Shown: positions 26,421 through 40,474 of the stretch, one piece after another
Position numbering within the stretch: the first letter of the stretch is position 1
How the letters are laid out: the number at the start of each line of letters is the position of its first letter
Origin: Octopus vulgaris
Lineage: Eukaryota
DNA length: 64,000 bases
NCBI GenBank assembly: GCA_951406725.2
Contig: OX597824.1
Span: 97,774,001 to 97,838,000, forward strand
Direction of reading: 5' to 3'
Made by a program: the position numbers and the translations under genes
Notes under the pieces: model-generated
What the model saw: the letters and a program-made list of their open reading frames with translations, nothing else
Told to the model about the DNA's origin: nothing
Databases searched by the model: none

Positions 26421-27558
26421 ATGTATGTATGTATGTATGTATGTATGTATGTATGTGCGTGCGTATATATGTATGTATGTATGCATATTTATACGTACTT
26501 AAAAATGTATACAGATATACATATGTGAATATATGCATATATGTGTGTATATATATATATAAATAAATATACACATGTGTGCATGTACATACATATATAT
26601 TCATGCACGGGGGTGTGAATTGCAATTTAAAAAATTAAAAATTAAGTTATTTCATTGAATAAAAAATATACAAAACGTTACTGCGTTAAGGATATCCAAC
26701 ATTATATACATATATATAGATATATATACATATATATACATACATATATATATATATATATGCATACATATATATATATATACATACATACATACATATA
26801 CATATATATATATATACATACATATATATATACATATATATATACACATATATACATACATATATACATATATATATACATATATATATATACATACATA
26901 CATATATAAAATATATATATATATAATACACACATATATATGTACGGCGAGCACATTTCTTCAACAAACTATATTTGTATGTATGTATGTATGTACGTAT
27001 GCATGTATGTATATGTTTATATGTTTATATAGATATGCATTTATTTATATACAAAACATGCATTTATTTATATACAAAACTATGTGCGCACGTGCATGTG
27101 TGTGTGTGCGTGTGCATGTGTGAGGGTCGGTGTTGATGCGTCTTTAGACGGAGTTTGAACACGTGTAGTGGCCTTGTTATTTAAATCAAACAGCTTTTCA
27201 CACACAACCACCACAACAACCGCCATATTTCTTTCCTATTCTCTCCTTTTCTTCTTTACTATATACATATATATACATTTTTATATTCGATATTCTTGTA
27301 AAATCATATATATATATCGCTGTTATTATCCAGTCGGCCATTACAGATGAGTGGACAGTCGCTATATGCTGAGTAAAGACATTATTTTAACAATGAGCCA
27401 TTAGGCACTGCCCCCCCCCCCACCACCACCACCACCACCGCCGCCGCCACCATCATGGACTCCATTAAAAATATTATTATTGTTAATTTATATTTCTTCA
27501 GATCAGTGCTGTTGTTGTTGTTGTTGTTGTTGTTGTTCTATGCCTGGATTTACGTACG

Positions 27559-27598
<40 letters not shown>

Positions 27599-27742
27599 CG
27601 TGTGTGTGTGTGTGTATGCGTGTATGTGAGTGTTTGTGTGTACTGGTGTATATATGTATGTATAAAAAATATACATCCTATATATATTTATACATACATT
27701 TGTATATATAATATATGCATGTATATAAGTGTGTATATAAGG

Positions 27743-27786
<44 letters not shown>

Positions 27787-27923
27787 GCACATACACACAC
27801 ACATATATGCAAACACGCTTGTGTTTGTGCGTATGTGTACGTGCGTGTGTGCGTGTGTTGTACCTATGTTAGAGACCATTACTATTGTTGTTGTTGCTGT
27901 TGTTGTTGTTGTTGTTGTTATCA

Positions 27924-28008
<85 letters not shown>

Positions 28009-28632
28009 GATTTTACTGTCATCACCTCAGGGATTATAAAGACAACAAACGAAAAAAAAAAAAGGCAGGAAAAGAAAGCGGAAGAAGAAAACAAAGAAAG
28101 TTTTGAACAATTTCGAAACAAGAACGGAATTGTCCAAATTTTCACGCTTCGCTGCTCAATGTGGCAATAAGGTAGTTCAGCATCTTTAATATAAGGAAAT
28201 CTATGAGGTCGGTAGATATGGCGAAGATGAAGGCAGCGTTCGGTGGGGGCAGCGGCTTTGAAAAATCAAAAATAACTTTTCTAACAGTCTGGGATAGAAA
28301 TTATAAAATATATAATGCGTCATTAAGTTTCTGTTTGCGGTGTGTATATATAATGCATATATATGTATGTATAATTTTGAGGTGTGTCTGTGTGAGTGTG
28401 TGTATGTGGGCGTATGTGTGTGTGTGTGTTTGCGTGTTTATAGCATAGTAACTGCTCCATTATCACCATTAGATTCCACATCACAGAGTTCGCACCGGCT
28501 GGTGTCCAGCTATACATACATGCATACATGTACACACACATACATACATATGTACATGCATATACATACATGTAGACGCGCATGCATACATTCATATTTA
28601 CATGCATTACATACAAATTTACACACATATAT

Positions 28633-28686
<54 letters not shown>

Positions 28687-29014
28687 GCATACATATACAA
28701 GACACATAGAAACTTGCATGCATACAAAGATACATAAATACATTGACACATATAAATGCATACGAGTATAACATGCATACATTTATATACATTCACAATA
28801 CGCATATACATAAGTATATACATGCATACTCATATACATACACACATATGTATGAGCCTGTGTGTGCATGTATGCAGCTTTTCAAACTATAAAACACAGC
28901 ACACATAAAACCGAGTCACTACATACACACACCTGAAAATTGGTGTGGAACAGACCAATGCTTCCGCACAATTTCAGAACCTATATACCCTCATACGCAC
29001 ACATGCACAAGCGC

Positions 29015-29051
<37 letters not shown>

Positions 29052-30406
29052 AACATTTCTACTTATAATATGTGTGTGTGAATGTATTCGTATGTGTGTG
29101 TGGCTATATTTTACAAACTTCCGTTTCTAACCTGATCCATCTATTATCTTTTATTTGTTCCAGTCGTTGGACTGCAGCCCATATCATCGGTTATTAGCCA
29201 TACTTTTCTATTTGATCTGCCTCAGCCTTTCACTCATCTCTAATAAATGATGTTTCTTGTGTAACGATATGTCATCACTGCAAATTTCAGTTGCGGATAT
29301 ATTTCGTCTGTTACATTTCCATTCATCTGCAATTGATACACAATGGGTAATCGTAAAAAACAAAAACCTGTCTTGTTTTAATATCAGTCGCCAACTTTCC
29401 CTTAACTAGACACATTAACTGTATACATTTTCACACTGCAACCGATGAGAGATCCTGTATGTAGTTGACCGGCAGCTAAATTCCCCCGAATATACCCTAA
29501 AATTTAAAGAAAGAACAGAATTATTTATAGATTTTGATCATGACAAACTTGGGTTAAACAACATCAATGAGATATTCATTTACAATTAGAAGCAAAGATC
29601 AATAATCTATATTTTAATTTATAGAAGGTGAAACAAAAGTCATTTTTGATATTTAAATTTAGAATTATCTTAAAATGGATTTTGATAGCATTCTTTTTCT
29701 TTATGTTTTGATAAAAGAAAAGGAAATAACCATTCCATGAAAAGATAAATAATAATATTCGACAAAAAATTTAGATTTTTGGAGCCAAAAAGATTCTGAC
29801 TTGTCATGGTACAATGCTTTGAAGGAGTTCCACTCTTTGAAGCTGAAAATGGAAGGCATTTCCAGGATGTTATATTCTTCAATTAGTTCATAGTAATTCC
29901 CAAGTTCCAAAATAATAAAAAAGAAAAAAATGTCCTTACTATTTTCTTTTTATTAAAGCTTTTATTTCAGATTCCATCGAGCGACTTGTGCGCCAACCAG
30001 TCTTTGTATCATGTTTCTTTATCATAGCATGACCGCATCAACAGAGGCGGATGAAAAAGAAATACCTCTTGGTATTTAATTACAAAACGTTCTGAAGTCA
30101 AATCTTGCTTGACTTAGTCTTTCATTCTTGTGGGGGTCAATAAATAAGGGCCACTCAAAGACTGTCATCGATAGCATTGACAAGTATTTCTTCCGCGAAA
30201 TTCGTAAGCTTCTGCTAATCTTAGAATTCTGTTCTCTTTGACTTGTTTCGGTCATTAAACGGTGGCCATGCTGGAGCAACGCCAGAAGGGTTCGGTAGAA
30301 TAAATCAACCCGATAATACAGTACCATATTTAAGAGATGAGGAATTATGTACATTATTTACATTATTTACATTTGACGGATATTTGTCCTCATCTTGTTT
30401 GTTGTT

Positions 30407-30452
30407 AACACAACGTTTCGGCTGATATATTCTCCAGTCTTCATCAGGTGTC
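30407..30452 (-). ncRNA. Minimal type-I hammerhead ribozyme motif
   Basis: gacac CTGATGA a gactg gagaatatat cagcc GAAA cg TT gtgtt. Stem I gacac/gtgtt, intact core, stem II with one mismatch, palindromic AACGTT stem III. Confidence 0.65.
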
Positions 30453-30499
30453 TTCGGGAAATTTCGAACCTGGGTTTTCATTCCTAAGGTAGTTTTCAA

Positions 30500-30573
<74 letters not shown>

Positions 30574-30660
30574 TCACTGCATGAAATCGAACTCGGAATC
30601 TTGGGGTTAGTAACCCGCGCTCTTAACCACTATGCAATATGCCCCACGACCTTTCCCCAA

Positions 30661-30706
30661 GACACTTGATGAAGTCTGGAGGGTATATCAGCCGAAACGT
30701 TGTGTT
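30661..30706 (+). ncRNA. Inverted copy of the hammerhead motif with core change C3 to U
   Basis: gacac TTGATGA a gtctg gagggtatat cagcc GAAA cg TT gtgtt. Confidence 0.55.
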
Positions 30707-30929
30707 GACAACAAACAAGATGAGGACAAATATCCGTCGAATGTAAATAATGTAAATAATGTAAGTAATGTAAATCGACCCGAGTACTTATTTTTTTCTT
30801 AAGCCTTGTACTTATTGTATCACTCTCTCTTGCCGAACTACTACGTAACGGGAACGTGAACAAACGAACACCGGTTGTCAAGCGATGATGGAAGACAAAC
30901 ACAAATGCACACACATTCGCGCGCGCTCA

Positions 30930-30970
<41 letters not shown>

Positions 30971-31529
30971 ACACACACACACACACACACATATTTACGA
31001 CGAGTTTCCACGCAGTTTCCGTCCAGCAAATTCACTCAGAAGGCATTGTTGGCTGGTGCTATGGTAGAAGACATTTGGCCAAGGTTCCGTGCAGTGGGAC
31101 TGAACTCGACATTTTAAAATTCTGGACAAACTTTTGTTTACCTCCGCTCGTACCTATTATTCAATAGCACCATATTGCCTTACAACAATAAGCATTTCGA
31201 TATAAAGCCATAGGTATGCATCCAGTAGTATACCGGATATTTATTATCCCTTAGATGGTTGTTTAACCTCTAACTCATATAGATGTAGGTTGCGCCAAAT
31301 GTCACGCACTAAAACATTTTCTTTATATTATGTTATCAGTATTGTCATTATTATTATTCATTTTGTTCCTCACGTACAAAATATACCTGTGTATTCATCA
31401 TTATTTTATTTATTTTATTCGATTTTAACAAAAACTGAAGCATGTCTGATCATTCTGGAACGTAGTGAACTTAAGTGTGACTTTTGGCACACCCTGTATG
31501 TATACATACATGTGTGTGTGTGCGTGTGT

Positions 31530-31569
31530 AGATATATAGATAGATAGGTAGATAGACAAACAGACAGAC

Positions 31570-31640
<71 letters not shown>

Positions 31641-31705
31641 CAGACAGATAGACAGACAGACAGGCAGGCAGACAGACAGGCAGACAGACAGACAGACAGG
31701 CAGGC

Positions 31706-31798
<93 letters not shown>

Positions 31799-31800
31799 TG
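31530..31800. repeat. (GATA)n/(GACA)n/(GGCA)n compound array
   Basis: Directly visible. Confidence 0.97.
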
Positions 31801-32293
31801 TATGTGTATATATCAGTTGCAAGATTCGTTAGAGCCTAGGCACATCAACATGTAGGGCGCCAGGATTGGTTAAGTACGCAGTATTTATCTTACGATACGT
31901 TGAAGTCACTCCCATATTGACGATATATAATATCTTAATCTATTATTACTTGTAATCTATAATAACTACACACAACAATATGTGGTTGAATAAATAAAAT
32001 CTGGTGTGTATTTTATGAATTGCTTCGTTGGGAGATATTTAGAAATATATCTTAATGGCGATCTATATGATCAGTTATTTTGGGATTCTGTCAGAAGAAG
32101 CCATTTTAATAAATGAATAAATAAATAAATAAGTAGAATTATGTAATTAAAATCATCAAAGACGTCTGGTAATTATTGCAGGTTGTTCATAATTTGATAA
32201 TTATCATAATTGCCACCAATCTGACATCAAAAGGAAATATATTCATGTATATAAATGTTTTCTGTATGTACATACACACATACATACATACAT

Positions 32294-32332
<39 letters not shown>

Positions 32333-32504
32333 TACATAAATACATACATACATGCATGCATACACACACACATACACACATACATACATATATGTGCATT
32401 CGCAAATAAATATATAATGTGTGAGTGTGTGTGTGTGTTCTTTTGAGGTTGTGTTTGTTTTAGACGTGACAAGCATGGCGATGCTAGAGCACTCTTATCA
32501 AATA

Positions 32505-32905
32505 TTCTTTTCTACTCTAGGCACAAGGTCTGAAAGTTTTGGGGGAAGGGGCTAGTCGATTAGATCGATCACGGTACGCAACTAGTACTTAATTTATCGA
32601 TCCCGAGAGAATGAAAGGCAAAGTCGACCTCTGCGGAATTTGAACTCAGAACGTAAAGACAGACGAAATACCTATTTCTTTACTACCCACAAGGGGCTAA
32701 ACACAGAGGACAAACAAGGACAGACAAACGGATTAAGTCGATTATATCGACCCCGGTGCATAATTGGTACTTATTTAATCGACCCCGAAAGGAGGAAAGG
32801 CAAAGTCGACCTCGGCGGAACTTGAACTCAGAATGTATCGGCAGACGAAATACGGCTACGCATTTCGCCCGGCGTGCTAACGTTTCTGCCAGCTCATTGC
32901 CTTAT
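32505..32905 (-). mobile_element. Two adjacent SINE family A copies with different 3' tails
   Basis: Two cores (aaaggcaaagtcgacctc) at about 32615 and 32797; tails ctaggcacaagg and cccacaaggggctaaacacag. Confidence 0.88.
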
Positions 32906-34128
32906 TCTTACCAAATATTAAATATTCTCTGCCTTTATTTCAGTCTGTGAGTTTATCCAACGATCCAGTGATTTCTTCGTGTTTTGATGGATCATCCAAC
33001 GAGCGAGGCTGCACTGCTTTGGTTCTAGTATGTAGCAGATGGCAGATCTGGAATGTCAGAGAGACGTACATTTAGGTACCTTTCAAAAGTGTTGGGATTA
33101 ACTTCGGTCCCAACACTTATTATATATTGATATATATATTAACATATGGCTCTTGTCGCAATGCACAGCGTGTGGGTATTATGTATGTATGTAATATAAA
33201 TTATATATATATATAAAAATTACATATATGCATATGTGGGCAGTGGACGTCACGAAACGTGTACAACAAAAAGGTACGAAGCACGAGTACATGGAACATG
33301 AGCTATTCTTTCGAAAAACGAAAGACACAAATAGAAAGCAAAACAAACAACATAAAGAACGACCCTTCATCAGTTGTTGCCTGTTTTTCTAGTCCTGTAT
33401 TTCGAGCATTTAACAAAAATATGTGCTTTCAGTAAAAAAAGTTGTTCCAGCAAAGCAAATTAAATAAAATATGTATGTATGTTATTCAGTTCTGTTTCAA
33501 TGTTTCTTGCCAACAGAGAAAGAGCTGGTTTCTAACCTAGATCCAAGGCTTCTTCTTTGGCATTTCAACATCTATATATATACACACACACAGACACAAC
33601 TACTCACAAAAGCACACACGCCTATGTGCTTAGACATGTATACATACATGCATGCGTAATACATACATACATAAGTACATTCGTAAAAGGCAGACTGATA
33701 CACAGACAGGCGTGTATAAACAAAGACGAGTTCCATAAAGGGACGGCCAAGTAAATGGTGGAACTAACAAGAGAAGAGCCTCGAACAGAGAACAGTGTTG
33801 GTTGTGGCCGTCACGATGACGCGAGATAAGATAATGGTGGACGCCATCTTTATAACAAACACTCCTGGCACATCGTACGTGAGACTAGTTGCTGGTGGCG
33901 GCGGTGGCGGTGGCGGCGGTGGTGGTGGTGGTGGTGGTGGTAGTGGTGCTGGTGGTGGCGTGGACTAAACAAAGCCACAAGTCTATAGATGGTATTCTGG
34001 AAACATAGACATGCCCATATAAATGTAAAGTGTGTGCGTAAAAGTGTCAAGTCTGTATGTATATGTGCGCGTGAATATACATATTTACATATATATATAT
34101 ATATGTATATAGTGTATATGAATGCATA

Positions 34129-34161
<33 letters not shown>

Positions 34162-34300
34162 ATGTATGTATGTATGTATGCATGCATGTATGTTTGTATA
34201 GATAGTCAACGCGAATGGCTTCTTTATCTAGCGAATGCATATTGAAAGGAATTTCACGTAGCTAACATAGACACGCCAAACTTTTGGAAGCCATTGATGG

Positions 34301-34381
<81 letters not shown>

Positions 34382-34497
34382 TTTAGCATACGTGAGTATG
34401 TCTACATTTGTGCGTTCTTATGTGTCTAACACCTTTGTGTGTATCTGTATAAGTGGGTGTATATGTGTGTATACGTATACATATAAATTCAAATATG

Positions 34498-34546
<49 letters not shown>

Positions 34547-35825
34547 CTGTGTGTGTTTGTGTTTGTATGTGTATATATATATATATATATATATACATGT
34601 ACACACATCTAGATATATGTACATACATATGCATATATAAACATACAGTTATAGACATATATGTATGCATGCATGAATCCGTCCATCCACATGTGGCCAA
34701 ATGGCGTACGGTCTCAAGTGTTGTTATTGCATTTTAGGATCGCATCAAAATTCTTTAAACGCACAATATCTGTTTGATGCCACGTATGTTGGGTGTGTAT
34801 ACATGCCGTGTATACATGCAGATAACTAGACAACCGACGCCTCATACACACATAGGCACCCTTATAATTATAAACACATACATGCACACACAAACATTCA
34901 TATATATATATACATATATATATATGTGTGTGTTTGTGTGTGTGTGTGTGTATTCAATTATATATATAGAGAGAGAGTGATACAAAGGCATGCACGTATG
35001 TATGTGTATATGTGTGTATATATTATACACACACTTGGTGGTTGCCTGTCAACAAGGCGTATGAATATATAAATACATTTGAAAGTAACTTGTGCGATTG
35101 TTTACGAGAGTGAGCACGTGCACGTGGTATGCGTGTGTGCATACATGCACATGTGCGAATGTGTGTGTGTGCGAATGTGTGTGTGTGTGTGCGAGTGTGT
35201 GTTCATGCCCGGAGCCAGTGTTAGACACATTACCAAACAACAGAGAACGGTTATGCCCTCGAATTCTTAGGGTCCAAACGTAAAAGCACGCACACACACC
35301 TTCCCCTAAACCGAAACTATTTCATTAAAAATTCTATTTATCTTCATTCATTTCTTTTCACTTCATTTATTCCCTATTACATCCCCGTCTTTCATTCAGA
35401 TAGTTTTTCATTCAGTTCTCTTCTCTTTCTCTTCTTTCTTTCTTTCCTTCGTTCTTTCTTTCCTTCTTTCTTTCTTTCTTTTCTTTCTCAATTCTTTCAC
35501 TTTGTCGTGCATTTTATTCTTTTGGGAGGAGAAGACGGTTGCGCTAACGGTTGTGACGACAGTGGGAACGAAAGTGGTGGTGGTGGGTGGGGAGCCCGTG
35601 GGGTGGGGCGTGGGGGGTAAGGTGTGAGGTTCCGTCTTGAATTTCTCGATTTCGGTCAATCATTCAGAAACGTTTGTGAAAAATGTTGAACCAAATATTA
35701 TACACCCACTCATGTAACATTAGACATCCACACACACACACACACACACACACATTTATACACTCTCTTGCATTCTTTCCTTTTTTGGTTTATTTTAACC
35801 ATTACGAACGAGCAGGGCCATGGGT

Positions 35826-35871
<46 letters not shown>

Positions 35872-35910
35872 GTTGTATATTTATAAATGAACAAATGTGT
35901 GAGTGTATTG

Positions 35911-35948
<38 letters not shown>

Positions 35949-35959
35949 TACCTTTTGAG

Positions 35960-36417
35960 TCACGATACTGCGGCCATACCGGAGCACCGTTTTGAAGGGA
36001 ATAAGTCGAACAAATCAGCTCCACTACTTATTATTTTGAAGCCTGTTATTCTGTAGGTCTCCATTTACCGAACCGCTAAGTTACGGGGATGTAAACAAAC
36101 CAATATCAGTTGTCAAGCAGTTGTATGGGACAAACACACAAACGCATACATACACACACATACATACACATACATATATATTCTTTTATTCTTTTACTTG
36201 TTATAGTTTTGACTGCGGCCATCCTGGAGCACCGCCTTTAGTCGAACAAATCGATTCCAAGACTTATTCTTTGTAAGCCTAGTACTTATTCTATCGGTCT
36301 CTCTTGCTGTAAACACACCAGCATCGGTTGTTAAGCGATGTTGGGACAAACACAGACACACAAACATACACATGTGTCTCGTAAGCAAGCTACTTACCAC
36401 ACAGCCACTCCTGCGCC
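35960..36417 (-). mobile_element. Two SINE family B fragments; the second has an internal deletion
   Basis: ctgcggccat..ggagcaccg tails at about 35967 and 36212; head aagcaagctacttaccacacagccactcctgcgcc at 36383-36417. Confidence 0.8.
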
Positions 36418-36432
36418 TATACATACATATAT

Positions 36433-36474
<42 letters not shown>

Positions 36475-36477
<3 letters not shown>

Positions 36478-37559
36478 TCTTTATTAGCCACACAGGGCTG
36501 CACACAGATAGAACAAATTACAAGGTAGAGCTTTTCTTTTGAAGGTTTAAGAAAGAAAAAAAAAAAAAAAGGAAGGGGGAGTTTCGATCAAAAGGGATCG
36601 TAAAAGGAGAGAAAGAGGACAAAAAAAAGGGGGTTAAAAAAAGGGGGGAGGAAAAAAATTGATCAATAGGGATCGTTATCACAGAAATGTCAATATGAAG
36701 TGTAAAGGGGAGGACAGGTGAGGTTTACCCGTGCAAAGAAAAGCCTACGGAAAAGACCACGGTAACCTCGGTCAATGATGTCACATTTTATATTTCTTTT
36801 TTTTTTTTTTTTTGCAAATAAGCAACTCTCTGTTTTCGATTTCTGGGTTCATAGGACTATGCTCAAGGTGGCTTCGTCATTCATACGTGCCATTCTTGCT
36901 ACATTCACCCATCTTTTTTTAAAACATTCGCTAGACAAAACTTGCCTCTCTACTCTCACTTTCCTTTTCAAGTGGTACTTGAAGAAGTTGATGAGAGATT
37001 GACCAGAGAGGAAAGTGTTTGTCTCCAATCCTTTCAGACGCGTCCACCAGATACATTCTTTCGCCATAGCCACAAGGATGATGAAAATAGCTCTTCCTTC
37101 CCGTTTGAAGGAAGGAGGCGTGACAATATTGACGATAGACTCAGCTGATAAACCGACTCGTCCCACACGTGACAGCAGTTGTTCGACATAAGCCCACAGG
37201 TCGGAAATTGTTGGACACTGAACGAGTGCGTGCAGAACGGTTTCGTCGCTCTGACCGCATCTCGGGCAGGTCGGCCCCGTGTTTCTCGAGCCGTGTCTGT
37301 AGAGCTTATCCCGAACGGGTAGCGCTTCTCGGTAGCACTGCCAGGCCAGGGATCTCTGGAAGTTGTCCATGGGCCCTGGCCCGAAAGTCGTCCTGAACAG
37401 GCGGGTCAGGTACTCCTCGTCGACGTCCAGGTTCGCCCCGAGCTCGTCGTCGTACCTCCCCTCCACTAAACCCCTATAGAATGCTTTGGTTGTGTTGAAG
37501 TCACTTAAGGTCGACCCAGGACGGCAGAGTTGCTTGAGAGCAACGCGACACTCGCGGCG

Positions 37560-37560
<1 letters not shown>
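36475..37560 (-). mobile_element. 5'-truncated Tx1/L1-clade non-LTR retrotransposon (ORF2 C-terminus and 3' UTR)
   Basis: Uninterrupted frame 37560-36849 with a zf-RVT-like motif LAWQCYREALPVRDKL...CPRCGQSDETVLHALVQC...LW and IWWTR; 3' UTR ends ctaataaaagaaac followed by (AT)n; 5' end abuts (GATA)n. Confidence 0.9.
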
Positions 37561-37627
<67 letters not shown>

Positions 37628-37855
37628 GATAGATAGATAGATAGATAGATAGATAGGTAGATACATACATACATACATACACACACACATACATACATAC
37701 ATGGGATTGAACTCGAAACTGCGTAATTGGAGAGCAAGCTTCTTACCACGTGGCCATGCCTGCCCCAAAGGGTGAAAAGTTCAAGAAAACCCATGTCCAG
37801 CCACTCAGAATAAAGACGTCAAAGATAAGTCAGCGGATGAATAAATATTTACTCA

Positions 37856-37899
37856 ACAATCATTAGTCCGACAAAGCCTTTTGTCGGACTAATGATTGT
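37856..37899. repeat. Perfect 20-bp inverted repeat with 4-nt loop
   Basis: acaatcattagtccgacaaa gcct tttgtcggactaatgattgt. Confidence 0.95.
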
Positions 37900-38619
37900 G
37901 GATTATATACACTCACTCACACACACATGCTAAAGTACCCCCCCCCATCTGTATTGGATATAGAATGGCAGATGATTATTGCATTTTCAGAAATAATAGA
38001 ATAATGGTAATAACAACAATGGTGGTATAATTATTTTAATAGCGTAACAGAACTAGAAAATAATGGTTTCGTAGAATAATTAACACCATTTTCATTTTGT
38101 AATTCAACCTCTTTTCTGCACTGAATTACCCTGAACCGAGATTGAAACCTTAACAGGCCGACTACTGGTCATGTTACAATATCGCTACTATCCTTGTTGT
38201 CTTTGATATATGGAGGCCTGGGTCAAGAAGTACAATTACAGGCGAGGAAACTCGATGCTGGTATTTATATTTTCATTGGCACACTTTTAACTTGTGGCTT
38301 CCAAAAAGAAGATTTACAAAATGGTGTAATACACAGAAATGGCTGAGTGGATAGCGTACTGAACCACTAGCTGAGAGAGCAGAGGTACGCCTTCCATTTC
38401 AAGCATCGTCAGATAGTTTAAGTTTATTTGGTCACTAAATGTCTTTATGTAGGGCCTCTAACACAACGCCCGGTTTAACACAAATGCTCCGGCGACAAAC
38501 ATGGAGCATCTATGTAGTCATTCGGTTTGCTAAAAATAATACCGAATCTCCGTCATTGCCTTCATAAGATTGCATATTCTTAGACACGGTGTAGTCATAT
38601 CGATTGTGTTTGTTTTAAC

Positions 38620-39290
38620 AGCAAAAATCTTCAAGCACTAAATATACCAAGAAAACGCCACAGCATAGCAACCCGTTTAACATTAGCGGCACCCAGTCAG
38701 TGCCCTCACAGTGGCTCCAAATGCCGGATCACTCTATCATCGTAGATCTCTCTCCCGACAAATGCACATTCTTAGCATGCAAGAACCGTACCCAAAGACT
38801 TGTTCGTCTCTGTAGAAATAGAAAGGATTTCAGACCGCAACAACTGTTAACATTCTATAAAGCGCCCGCGATTGAGTACTGCTCCTAAATGTGAGATGAT
38901 ACTGCTACTATACACACAAGAGATCTTGAACTGCATACAATGAAGGGTCTCTTGATTGATCAGAATCCAGTCGCTACTGGAGACATTCCGGATTCTGGCC
39001 CACAAGCCTGTTGTCCGCTCTCTCGCTCTCTGTCTTTTCTAACGCTACAATAATGACCTCCACTCCTCGGAGCTGACTTTTCCTTTACCTCCACTGGCCA
39101 GGCATTCCCCACCCACTCAGCTTTTTATTTCTCCTCCCCCCAACTATCCGGATACTGATTAACCGTCATGTCTGGTCTTTCTTCTCCATAACAGGGGTCA
39201 TTTGGAATCTTCTCCCTGCTCAGTTGTTTCCTGCAACGGTTGACCTACAACTACGGATTAAACGGAATATCAACAGCACCAACCACAGGA
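38620..39290 (+). mobile_element. CR1/L2/Jockey-group LINE remnant (post-RT region to C-terminus)
   Basis: QLLTFYKA..IEYCS, SFF..TGVIWNLLPA and FPATVDLQ..KRNINST match L.LYKA..RP.LEYCS and SFF.RT...WN.LP..VFP motifs; frameshifted. Confidence 0.75.
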
Positions 39291-39653
39291 ACCTCAGAAG
39301 AACTGCAAAGGTTTCAAGCCCTGCTCCTTCCAGCCTCGGTGTTAAAAATGAATGCAAGGTCATACAGCGGTTCGAACGGGATTCACTTGGGGGTCAGATG
39401 AAATAGGTCAACAACAGCAGCAATATCTATGCTTATATGGTATTTCTGGGACCGTGTGGCCGGGGATGGAGCAGAGGGAGATGTGACTGTGTGTGTGTGT
39501 ATATGTGAGTGAGAGAGAGAGAAAATAGAGAGAAAGAGAGACAGAGAGTTTATTAAATGTTTTAAAACAGGTATTGAATGGAAAAAAGTTTTTTCCATCC
39601 ATAAATTCCGAGAACTGCACCATTTAACTTGAACATACGCAAACCACCAACTA

Positions 39654-40196
39654 GTATGTATGTATGTATGTATGTATGTATGAATGCATGCATGTATGTA
39701 TGTATGTATGTATGTATGTATGTATGTATGTATGTATGTATGTGTGGGTGTGTGGGTGGGTGTATGTATGTATGTATGTATGCAAGTACGTATGTATGAT
39801 GTATGTATGTATGTATGTATGTATGTATGTGTGGGTGTGTGGGTGGGTGTATGTATGTATGTATGTATGTATGCAAGTACGTATGTATGATGTATGTATG
39901 TATGTATGCAAGTACGTATGTATGATGTATGTATGTATGTATGTATGTATGTATGCATGTATGTATGTATGTATGTATGTATGTATGTATGTATGTATGT
40001 ATGCAAGTACGTATGTATGATGTATGTATGTATGTATGTATGTATGTATGTATGTATGTATGTATGTATGTATGTATGTATGTATGTATGTATGTATGTA
40101 TGTATGTATGTATGTATGTATGCACGTACGTATGTATGATGTATGTATGTATGTATGTATGTATGTATGTATGTATGATGTATGTATGTATGTATG

Positions 40197-40230
<34 letters not shown>

Positions 40231-40440
40231 TGTATGTATGCAAGTACGTATGTATGATGTATGTATGTATGTATGCAAGTACGTATGTATGATGTATGTA
40301 TGTATGTATGTATGTATGTATGTATGTATGCATGTATGTATGTATGTATGTATGTATGTATGTATGTATGCACGTACGTATGTATGATGTATGTATGTAT
40401 GTATGTATGTATGTATGTATGATGTATGTATGTATGTATG

Positions 40441-40474
<34 letters not shown>

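Larger units (their letters stand above)
30314..30770 (-). mobile_element. Composite non-autonomous retroelement: tRNA-like head, (AAT)n, HHR-bearing tail, plus an inverted copy of the tail at its 5' end
   Basis: Minus-strand head gggcatattgcatagtggttaagagcgcgggttactaaccccaagattccgagttcgatt (30571-30644); inverted arms of about 110 bp at 30350-30460 and 30652-30770; flanks taaatcaacccga (30301-30313) and taaatcgacccga (30771-30783). Confidence 0.75.
30240..31110 (-). mobile_element. SINE family B copy split by a roughly 460-bp insertion
   Basis: 3' tail (ggccatgctggagcaacgcc) at 30240-30313; remainder (gtactta...ccggttgtcaagcg...(CA)n...gtagaagaca...gcagtgggactgaactc) at 30771-31110. Confidence 0.8.

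Noticed and set aside
29701-29910. Peptide ELIEEYNILEMPSIFSFKE faintly resembling the thioredoxin C-terminal motif
   Set aside because: Short, in AT-rich sequence, starts at TTG, has no CxxC and no supporting neighbouring exons; likely chance.
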